Virus record (IMG/VR): IMGVR_UViG_3300037067_008087
Span: 18,397 to 82,396 of that record
DNA from: a virus
Lineage: Duplodnaviria; Caudoviricetes
Direction: 5' to 3' (one strand)
Length of the DNA stretch: 64,000 nucleotides
Shown here: positions 56,865 through 64,000 of the stretch, piece by piece
How positions within the stretch are numbered: the stretch's first letter is position 1
Layout of the letters: each line of letters starts with the position of its first letter
Program-made: the position numbers and the translations under genes
Notes under the pieces: generated by a model
What the model saw: only the letters and a program-made list of their open reading frames with translations
What the model was told of the DNA's origin: nothing
Databases searched by the model: none

Positions 56865-57674
56865 TTATCCTATACATTTAGTTATATTAACAGATGTTGG
56901 ATAGTGCCTAATTAAACATCCGTTGTTCCAATAAACCATGGCAAGGTTTTTTCTGTAAAAACCATATAGATAGTCCCAATAATTATATGGTTCAACTTCC
57001 CTAATCCATGAGTTCCACGACCAACCCAAAGTATGTTTTGTGAAATTTTTAAATCTCTTAAAATCTGATTGGTTTATCCCAAACTTAGATTTAGCCTTAC
57101 GAGATGACAGAAACGTCAGCACCTTAAACTCTTCTCCGGTTTTATTCACAACCTTATTGATTTTCCTTAATTTTTTAGGATCAATTCCTTCATTGGGGTT
57201 GTCTCTTAAAAATTGTTTGACGGTCTTACAGTAGATAACGTATTTCTGTTGAGCTATATACTCACTTACGGCTATTGCTTTTAACTTAAAGCATGTTGTT
57301 TTGAGTGAATCATCCTTATATACTTTTATTTGATGTTTTCTATAATCTTTATATTTTATCTTTAGTTCTCTTATAGATAAGAGCCTTAGCGTCTTTATTG
57401 TTTTTCTATTGTATGCATCATATTGATCCTCAACCCAAGCAATACCCATATCATGTAATAATGGCACATACTTAGATATAAGATAACTTGAAACCTTGCC
57501 GCATGTTGGCATTTTATTATATAGTTTTTGTGGAGAGTAGTCGTAAATACGACTGTTGGGAAATAATCTTTTGAGTTTGTAATAAAATGCAACAGCTTTC
57601 ATGTTTACGTCTTTGGTGGCGTAACATGAAACGAACTTATTGCAAACGTTAAACAAACTTCTTGACATAGGCAT
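56865..57674 (-). CDS. Basic hypothetical protein, possibly a DNA-binding/replication initiator
   Basis: Lys-rich, about 269 aa; preceded by a TATATTTG box (57774..57781) and a hairpin leader. Start is ATG 57674 or 57668. Confidence 0.5.
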   Translation of the reverse strand: MPMSRSLFNVCNKFVSCYATKDVNMKAVAFYYKLKRLFPNSRIYDYSPQKLYNKMPTCGKVSSYLISKYVPLLHDMGIAWVEDQYDAYNRKTIKTLRLLSIRELKIKYKDYRKHQIKVYKDDSLKTTCFKLKAIAVSEYIAQQKYVIYCKTVKQFLRDNPNEGIDPKKLRKINKVVNKTGEEFKVLTFLSSRKAKSKFGINQSDFKRFKNFTKHTLGWSWNSWIREVEPYNYWDYLYGFYRKNLAMVYWNNGCLIRHYPTSVNITKCIG

Positions 57675-57794
57675 AAAAAATAACCCCAAGCGAGAATTTT
57701 GAGTATGGTGGAAAGGATGGTTCGCTTGAGGTTATCAATATCATTTTACCTTTCCACCCATCAAAATTCAATACAAATATACAAATTTTTTTTA

Positions 57795-59009
57795 TTAATC
57801 CAAATATATCGGAAAACTATTTACCAGCCCGTCATGTTTATGCCACACATAACACTCTGCGGCTCTTATCTTATTAACAAATCCATGTTGATAATGCCAA
57901 GCATCTGTTTTAGTTAATGATGGTATCCTTCTATAAATTATTGATCCCACGGTGTCTATGGATGTAAATATCATTTCCTGTTTCTTATGTAAATGACCAA
58001 CATGCCACTCCCTAAACCTAGTCCTAGCCCATGCCTCAGGCCATTCATCAGCCATTAATAATGGTAATCTTTCTGGCTTAACCTCTCCGTGTTCAAACCC
58101 CAAAAGAACATTCCCCCACTCATACATTTTCCTACTCTTTGGGGATATATCTATTGTTATATTCTTATTATTAGTATAGTATGCTGCTATCGCCCTGCAT
58201 AAAAAATAAGAAAGCCAGCCGTCATGATTGGACTTTACCCATTCTATATCAACCGGGGCTACTGTTAAGAATTTTTCTATTGCGGATAGAATTGAATTAT
58301 AGGCAACGTCAAATATTTTTGGGAGTCTCCCATCTACATCAAGAGGAGTTCCCTTCTCTGTTGTTCCTAATTCATTAACAATATGCAAGAAATCATTACC
58401 TATTGGGAATAATATCCTTTCTGGCTTTAATACGGATGCATACATAAAGAACTTGTCTATAGCCTTACTAAAATCTTTCTCCGCTATTTTTAAATCATAA
58501 TCACTTCCTGTCTCTGGCTTCCAACATAACTTACCAAAATGAAGATCGTAAAGGCATACCTCATATAACAAATCAGTTGTAATTGAGTTTACCTCTATAA
58601 CTGGCTTCATTTGTTGGCGTTTTTCAAGCCCCCTTATAAATGACTCTAAAGATGCGACCAATGCCGTTTTTCTCTTTAACCAAACCTTAATCTGATAGTT
58701 GGTCTTTGTTTTGGTTAGGTCATTTCCTTTGTCTACAGACTCAAACTTCATGGTAACATCCCATGCGTTAAGGACATATCTATCAACTTCCCACTCCGAA
58801 AGATCAACCCTGCACTCCAACAAAAAATCATCCAGTATCTTTACCCTATCAGTTTCGGTTGTTGATATAGTTCCTTCAACGGTAGAACTATTACTACTCT
58901 CCTCGATCTTTACTTTCTTTGTTTCTGGCGGTGGAACTTCTTCTCCTCCCCTGTGTTTAAGTATTAAATTATATTCGTCTGGTGTGAGCCTTGGTCGTAT
59001 TTCCTTCAT
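57795..59009 (-). CDS. Calcineurin-like metallophosphoesterase/nuclease
   Basis: DLHFGK, GNDFLH, SNHD, FEHG, GHLH. Confidence 0.85.
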   Translation of the reverse strand: MKEIRPRLTPDEYNLILKHRGGEEVPPPETKKVKIEESSNSSTVEGTISTTETDRVKILDDFLLECRVDLSEWEVDRYVLNAWDVTMKFESVDKGNDLTKTKTNYQIKVWLKRKTALVASLESFIRGLEKRQQMKPVIEVNSITTDLLYEVCLYDLHFGKLCWKPETGSDYDLKIAEKDFSKAIDKFFMYASVLKPERILFPIGNDFLHIVNELGTTEKGTPLDVDGRLPKIFDVAYNSILSAIEKFLTVAPVDIEWVKSNHDGWLSYFLCRAIAAYYTNNKNITIDISPKSRKMYEWGNVLLGFEHGEVKPERLPLLMADEWPEAWARTRFREWHVGHLHKKQEMIFTSIDTVGSIIYRRIPSLTKTDAWHYQHGFVNKIRAAECYVWHKHDGLVNSFPIYLD

Positions 59010-59305
59010 GCTTGTTTAGTTTTCCATCCGTAATTAGCTACAAAAAATAATGCACATTCTTTATGTTTATTTTTAAATGGTGTACTAAAAAGCTTTTTAG
59101 CCTCCTTATTTGTTTTTATGTAATTAGTAAGCCAGTTTATAAAATCATGTTCTTGTTCCGGTGTCCATTCATACAGCAAATACCAGTTTTCTTTTTGTGT
59201 ATTCACATCTTCTCGTCTTATACCAACGTAAGAAAACATCTTATCTAATATTATGTTAAGTTGTTCTTGTTGGGGATTATTGGTTTTATGATCTCTGATT
59301 TCCAT
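59006..59305 (-). CDS. Hypothetical protein (99 aa)
   Basis: ORF track; coupled overlaps with its neighbours. Confidence 0.6.
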   Translation of the reverse strand: MEIRDHKTNNPQQEQLNIILDKMFSYVGIRREDVNTQKENWYLLYEWTPEQEHDFINWLTNYIKTNKEAKKLFSTPFKNKHKECALFFVANYGWKTKQA

Positions 59306-59487
59306 TTTCTACAACATTCATCTTCATACATTATATCTTCATCCTTGGTTCGCATACACTTACCTGTTGATTTAGCCGTTCTTTGCCAATACATACATGT
59401 GCCACATTTGATATACCCCCTTTGATGAGCTATATTAAATGTTAAAATCTTACCTTCTATTTCAAATCTCCTATCTGCTTTACCCAT
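59251..59487 (-). CDS. Small Cys-rich hypothetical protein
   Basis: CGTC..W...C...CC pattern. Confidence 0.5.
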   Translation of the reverse strand: MGKADRRFEIEGKILTFNIAHQRGYIKCGTCMYWQRTAKSTGKCMRTKDEDIMYEDECCRKWKSEIIKPIIPNKNNLT

Positions 59488-60253
59488 TAATATAAGATGT
59501 TACAAACCTTCTGTCTATAGCAAACAACCTGTTTTCTTTATTAAAATCATGAAAATATTCACCCTCTATAGGAATATAATACTGCCCGGGTTTCCCTTTA
59601 TTATCTGGCATTTCAGTATATATATAATCCCCGGTTTTTATGGGGCTGTTATCTCCTTCTAACACCCTAAATCCACTTTTCGTAATAGTACAATAAAATT
59701 TATTAGGAGTACCTATATATTTTACTTTCAATATATTAGGCTTTTTACGTAATTTATATAATACATCTAATTGCCCTCGCTGTTCATCATTTAATGTTTC
59801 ACATATGATATACCCATTTATAGGAATCACATCCCACATTTTACCATCTCTGTTTATGGTGTTTTCTGTTTTCTTATCTGTAAGACGTTGTGCTACAAAT
59901 ATATGTGTATAATTAACTATTAGGTATTCTTCACCGTCTATTTCTATTCTTGGGGTAGAGTTAGCCACCCTAAGTACTACCCATACCATATCACCAGCCA
60001 TGAGCTCCATGGTAGTCCCCCATGTTACCGTGCCCTTAAATGACTTAAACCTATTGGCTGTGTCTGGATTGGTGAATTTCTCTGGTGTTTTAATAACCCA
60101 AAAATGTCTTTGCGAATAGTTCTTTAAATATTGGTCTTTAGTGTGAGATGGCACTCCAATAATAATCCCGCTTGGCGTAACCCGCTCCATCTTATTAAAA
60201 ACCGGCTTAAGCAATACATTGTTATTTAATAGTTTTATGTCCTCTATCTTCAT
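59480..60253 (-). CDS. Tandem GroES-like co-chaperonin
   Basis: Repeat 1: LLNNNVLLKP...TPSGIII...GDMV...EIDGEEYLIV. Repeat 2: PINGYIICE...VKYIG...GDYIY...IEGE. Confidence 0.7.
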   Translation of the reverse strand: MKIEDIKLLNNNVLLKPVFNKMERVTPSGIIIGVPSHTKDQYLKNYSQRHFWVIKTPEKFTNPDTANRFKSFKGTVTWGTTMELMAGDMVWVVLRVANSTPRIEIDGEEYLIVNYTHIFVAQRLTDKKTENTINRDGKMWDVIPINGYIICETLNDEQRGQLDVLYKLRKKPNILKVKYIGTPNKFYCTITKSGFRVLEGDNSPIKTGDYIYTEMPDNKGKPGQYYIPIEGEYFHDFNKENRLFAIDRRFVTSYING

Positions 60254-60657
60254 ATTTTAGCGAAGTTTAATGACTGGATAGTTGGGTAAGACGGCGTTCC
60301 CCAATCCACCTCCCACCTTCTTTGGTTAATATAAACACTAAGCGTAGGCCATTCAGGGACAAATTTACCTTGGTTTTTCATTTTAGCTTTCGCCTTTATC
60401 TCTGCGTCTAATAAAGCAGTTAATTGCGGCAACACATCTTTCCAGTCGTTATGGCGCTTGCGGAAATTATCAAACTCAGTATCATTTCCCCTCTTCCTCC
60501 CCGGGTATAGCCACCTAAATTGATTAAACATGGATAAGTGTTCATCTAAGAACTTCTTACCACTTAACCCCTTTTTAACCTCAAGGCTATACTCATCACC
60601 ATCCTCGATGTCTGCATCAAAGACAGCAATCTTATTAATTACAAGTTGTAAGTGCAT
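60250..60657 (-). CDS. Phage replisome-organiser/helicase-loader C-terminal-like protein
   Basis: F..F..LYP...G and P..P.LSVYINQRRWE pattern. Confidence 0.45.
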   Translation of the reverse strand: MHLQLVINKIAVFDADIEDGDEYSLEVKKGLSGKKFLDEHLSMFNQFRWLYPGRKRGNDTEFDNFRKRHNDWKDVLPQLTALLDAEIKAKAKMKNQGKFVPEWPTLSVYINQRRWEVDWGTPSYPTIQSLNFAKI

Positions 60658-60701
60658 GATTAATAATATTATTTATAAAATTAACATGTTTTCTCCATAA
60701 T

Positions 60702-61088
60702 TTAAAACATAAAGGCAGTCAACCCGGCGCCGATTATTGGAAGTATAAGGGTGAACGGGAGGTCATCTGGAAAGTCTTCTTTCTCTACCATGTTAGGGGT
60801 TGATTCCGGCACTTCATTCCTGTAGGTTTGATTATCTTCTATAAGAAATTTAACATCAGTAACCTTATATTCATAGAAATCATATTTATTCTTTACTGAA
60901 TAAAGATTAAAAGTTACTTCGACATCAGTATCTTCTTTAAGATTAGGGAACGCCTCAGCTTCTCTATCCCAAAGGGAGAAAACCAAATAACCACCAGATG
61001 ATTTAAGTTTAATGTCTCTTACTCTTTTACCTGTTTTTGTGGTTCTTAATTCTCCCACGTTGTTTATGGTTCCTTTTATTGTTAACAT
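60702..61088 (-). CDS. Single-stranded DNA-binding protein (DUF3127-like) with a hydrophobic C-terminal extension
   Basis: MLTIKGTI...FSLW...VEVTFNL OB fold; acidic DDLPF followed by TLILPIIGAGLTAFMF. Confidence 0.7.
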   Translation of the reverse strand: MLTIKGTINNVGELRTTKTGKRVRDIKLKSSGGYLVFSLWDREAEAFPNLKEDTDVEVTFNLYSVKNKYDFYEYKVTDVKFLIEDNQTYRNEVPESTPNMVEKEDFPDDLPFTLILPIIGAGLTAFMF

Positions 61089-61113
61089 ATTTAAAAGTTT
61101 AAGTTTTCGGTAA

Positions 61114-61146
61114 AAAATCAGGGCTACTGTACTTCACCCTGATTTT
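61114..61146 (-). terminator. Hairpin with a U-tract in the SSB leader
   Basis: Perfect 10 bp inverted repeat AAAATCAGGG / CCCTGATTTT with a 13 nt loop. Confidence 0.55.
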
Positions 61147-61281
61147 ATTGGATTAAGACGAAAGATTAGTGAAAAGCAAAGTAAAATTAAATATAATGAA
61201 TTTAAAATCAAAATAAAGTTATTAACTTCTGTTAATTATTATAATTATGTGATATTTTAAATTTCATTAATTTTGTACTTT

Positions 61282-61905
61282 ATGAGATCGAAACAAATAC
61301 CATTTGCGGGATTAAGGCGTTTCACGGTATTCGAGGACGGGTTGGTATGGGACAGCTCATTGGGGCGGTATCTATCACAGGAACCGAAACCCCAATATAC
61401 TTTACGCGGAGCCCATGGCAAAAAAGTTACATACAATACTAAATGTATGGTTTATTGTTTCTTCGTGAGCAGGATACCGCTTGGCATGTACCCTGATTTT
61501 AAAAAAGAGCTGGACAATTACAAGCCTGAGAACTTAGAACTTAAAAGGTATAAGAGACCAACCAAGTTGTGGTTAAATACAGACAATAGTATTTTTTATG
61601 CACAGAGGGCTGTAAGAAAACACCTTGAGGAATCATTGGAAAAAATGAGGGCAGCCAAGCGTAAAAGGGTGGTTGTTACTAATATATGGACTGGGGAGCA
61701 GGTCAGGTTTGATTCTATCGCGGACGTGTGCAAGCAGACAAAAATAACACGCCGCACATTTAACAGGAGGCTGATATCACAGAAGCCCTTAAATGGATGG
61801 ATATTTAAAACATTTTCTCCAGAGCGCGTTAAAGAAGAGACTTATGATCCACGTCCTTTTGGTGAATTAATAAAAGAAGAACATGACGTTTTTTTATCAA
61901 GGTGA
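61282..61905 (+). CDS. Degenerate HNH homing-endonuclease-like protein with a NUMOD1 DNA-binding domain
   Basis: NUMOD4-like N-terminus (F.V.EDG.V); the HNH segment is eroded (ELDNYKPENLE); C-terminal NUMOD1 (VVVTNIWTGEQVRFDSIADVC). TAATTTTG box at 61268..61275. Confidence 0.6.
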   Translation: MRSKQIPFAGLRRFTVFEDGLVWDSSLGRYLSQEPKPQYTLRGAHGKKVTYNTKCMVYCFFVSRIPLGMYPDFKKELDNYKPENLELKRYKRPTKLWLNTDNSIFYAQRAVRKHLEESLEKMRAAKRKRVVVTNIWTGEQVRFDSIADVCKQTKITRRTFNRRLISQKPLNGWIFKTFSPERVKEETYDPRPFGELIKEEHDVFLSR

Positions 61906-62377
61906 AATTAATGATGGGGTTATAGACCTTATAAAGCTGATAGAGGAAAGCGATGATGATGAAGTTATTTTGTATTTCAGCAGCCCCGGTGGTGATTTGG
62001 CTTTAGCTTATGTTATGTCTGATTATCTTAATAGGCTTGGAGACCGCATAACTGTTATAGCATATTGGAATATTGGGTCTGCTGCTGTTGAGGTATTGAG
62101 ACAATATAAAGGCAAGCTTAATATGCTTAATGATGTGTGGGGGCTCATTCACTGTGCGACCAGACCCATAGACTCAAGGGGGATAAAAGAAAAGGAGAGT
62201 GTTGATAACTACCTAATAAAAGAGATTGATAAGTGGAATATGAATATTGTCGTTAACATATATGGGGAACATTTGTCTCAATCTGAGCTAAGGAGGATAA
62301 AAAAGGGCGGCGATGTTTGTATAGAACACGATAGGTTTGTTGATTTTATAAATAAAATTCGTGAAGAAGCATACTGA
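61883..62377 (+). CDS. ClpP-like serine protease-fold protein
   Basis: LYFSSPGGD, IGSAA and GLIH motifs. Confidence 0.7.
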   Translation: MTFFYQGEINDGVIDLIKLIEESDDDEVILYFSSPGGDLALAYVMSDYLNRLGDRITVIAYWNIGSAAVEVLRQYKGKLNMLNDVWGLIHCATRPIDSRGIKEKESVDNYLIKEIDKWNMNIVVNIYGEHLSQSELRRIKKGGDVCIEHDRFVDFINKIREEAY

Positions 62378-62654
62378 GGTATATATGCAATTTTTCGATT
62401 ATAGCGAAGGTGACTTCATTCCATCTGAACTGTCTGGATTACAAGCTGTTGATATTCACCATATTAGATGCAAGGGTATGGGTGGCAGTAAAGAAATGGA
62501 CTACATAGAAAACCTTATGGCATTAACCCGTGCAGAACATGAGAAATACGGAGATAAAAAACAATACATAGATTTCCTTAAACAAGCCCATTATAATTTT
62601 ATAAAACTACACCGAAGTGACTACGAAATTCCTGAAATACCAGAGGACGCCTAA
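62361..62654 (+). CDS. Small HNH nuclease
   Basis: VDIHHI..KGMGGS...ENLMALTRAEH. Confidence 0.75.
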   Translation: MKKHTEVYMQFFDYSEGDFIPSELSGLQAVDIHHIRCKGMGGSKEMDYIENLMALTRAEHEKYGDKKQYIDFLKQAHYNFIKLHRSDYEIPEIPEDA

Positions 62655-62744
62655 CGGCTATTATAATGTAATAGAAGAAGACTTCGGTGTAATATACACT
62701 TATGTTGTCGGTCAAATATATCTCGGTGGATTTCACTCCCTTGT

Positions 62745-63041
62745 TTATGAATTTTCCCTTAACTGATCCTTAAGTGTGACATATGGCTCGCCCTTATATT
62801 TCTTAAGGCTTTCTAATACCACCTCTAACCCCTTAATTACATAGTCTATGTCTTCATAGGCTATCTTGAACATTATCCCGGATTCTGTTCCAAAATTACC
62901 TATATGCCTTTTTAATACACCATTTACCATCCTAAGGCTCATAAACTTTTTATTGGTGTCATCAGACGCAACAATACAATGAACCTTTAATCCTTCTTTC
63001 CCTCTTCCGTCAAATGCACAAAAAACATCAGGTCTTTCCAT
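62745..63041 (-). CDS. Hypothetical protein (98 aa)
   Basis: ORF track. Confidence 0.55.
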   Translation of the reverse strand: MERPDVFCAFDGRGKEGLKVHCIVASDDTNKKFMSLRMVNGVLKRHIGNFGTESGIMFKIAYEDIDYVIKGLEVVLESLKKYKGEPYVTLKDQLRENS

Positions 63042-63143
63042 TTTTATAAAATTTTAAATCATTTTGAAACTTTATTAACTCCGGGAACTCATTTATTATT
63101 ATGTTATCGCCCCCACACGGGCATTGCAGCTATTATTTTCATG

Positions 63144-63347
63144 CTAATCTTCGTATTCGTGTATATCTTGTATATCAGTACAAGTAAACCATAGAATTAC
63201 ACATATAACAAAAATGGCAATGGGCATTAAAGGAATGAATGGCACAATATAAGATACTTCAATAACTTTGAATATTCTCAAAGCTATCAATATTATTGAG
63301 GACACAGCTAATATAACTAAAGTTGCCCTTGAAAATAAGTAATACAT
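63144..63347 (-). CDS. Small two-TM membrane protein
   Basis: 67 aa with two hydrophobic segments. Confidence 0.5.
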   Translation of the reverse strand: MYYLFSRATLVILAVSSIILIALRIFKVIEVSYIVPFIPLMPIAIFVICVILWFTCTDIQDIHEYED

Positions 63348-63433
63348 AATTATATTTTTAAATTAATAATAAAATGAATACCAATAACATTAAAGCAATA
63401 AATATCAATGCGAACCTTACACAGCCTTTCATT

Positions 63434-63760
63434 TCATTTATTTATATTGTTACTCTCTTTCCATTTGTTAAGCATCCATAAAGCACCTTGAATAAAGGAT
63501 TCAGATTCATCTTCACTTAATCTTGGCATACATACATTCATCTTATCAACTTCATCATAAAAGATGTCTGACTTTTCAGCTTCATCCCTTATCTCCTCCT
63601 CGCTCGGATACTGAGGTTGTTTCTCTAACTTGGAGATAAGGGTGTCAATAGCTTCAGTTGTTAAAGGCAAAACTTCCTTGTTTGAGTTACTGAACTCCCT
63701 TGCTATTTTTATGGCTTCTTGTGGTGTCATTTGGTCACTCCCATTTATTTGGTTCGCCAT
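63434..63760 (-). CDS. Hypothetical protein (108 aa)
   Basis: ORF track; PSEEEI...FIQGALW. Confidence 0.55.
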   Translation of the reverse strand: MANQINGSDQMTPQEAIKIAREFSNSNKEVLPLTTEAIDTLISKLEKQPQYPSEEEIRDEAEKSDIFYDEVDKMNVCMPRLSEDESESFIQGALWMLNKWKESNNINK

Positions 63761-63974
63761 TCAAAAACTTCTCTATTTCCTTTTGTTGCAAGTCAAGCAA
63801 AGGCACTATTTCACTATTATCACATACGCCAATTATAATAGTGCCGATATGTATTTCACACCCAAAATCATTGTTTGTGGCAAGTATCTTGGCTGCCTCA
63901 ATTTCTAACAAGGTTCTTTTGGCTTCATCCTTGTCTATTTCCTTTTTCACTTTTTCCCAATTTTGATCTTCCAT
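63735..63974 (-). CDS. Hypothetical protein (79 aa)
   Basis: ORF track. Confidence 0.55.
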   Translation of the reverse strand: MEDQNWEKVKKEIDKDEAKRTLLEIEAAKILATNNDFGCEIHIGTIIIGVCDNSEIVPLLDLQQKEIEKFLNGEPNKWE

Positions 63975-64000
63975 TTCTTATTTATTTAATTGTTAGTATA

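Noticed and set aside
1-64000. Alternative genetic code (TAG/TGA recoding, as in some crAss-like phages)
   Set aside because: Standard-code ORFs tile the window densely, and TAG and TGA stops fall at sensible, often coupled, gene ends.
1-64000. CRISPR array, tRNA or rRNA genes
   Set aside because: I saw no regularly spaced repeats or tRNA cloverleaf/T-loop signatures by eye. A tRNAscan run would be needed to be certain.

Overview
This 64 kb window is most of the genome of a Bacteroidota-infecting, crAss-like (Crassvirales-related) podophage. Host evidence: TAnnTTTG -7 promoter boxes, Gln(+1) signal peptides and a DUF3127-type SSB. From left to right it holds: (i) a replication end (truncated DnaB, PD-(D/E)XK nuclease); (ii) a 9.6 kb glycan-synthesis cluster (Stealth-like, STELLO-like, GT2, methyltransferases, a methyltransferase-radical SAM fusion, and a 1426 aa six-domain glycosyltransferase polyprotein) with an Amidase_3 endolysin embedded in it; (iii) a long minus-strand virion module in crAss-like order (TerL, portal, scaffold, MCP, four ring proteins, muzzle, cargo/ejection proteins), with an intact solo IS605-family tnpB element inserted exactly at the terL stop codon; (iv) small DNA-metabolism genes. 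The most unusual observation: the recognisable tail-fibre/depolymerase/lectin genes (five, plus one adjacent small protein, in two blocks) all begin with a Sec/SPI-type signal peptide, five of the six with the Bacteroidetes Gln at +1. The two fibre-like proteins are also densely studded with the Bacteroidetes O-glycosylation sequon D-(S/T)-(A/I/L/V/M/T). Together with the glycosyltransferase cluster this suggests, by inference only, a phage that exports its receptor-binding proteins to the periplasm and glycosylates them. All domain calls come from motifs read by eye; no database search was run, so novelty is unverified.
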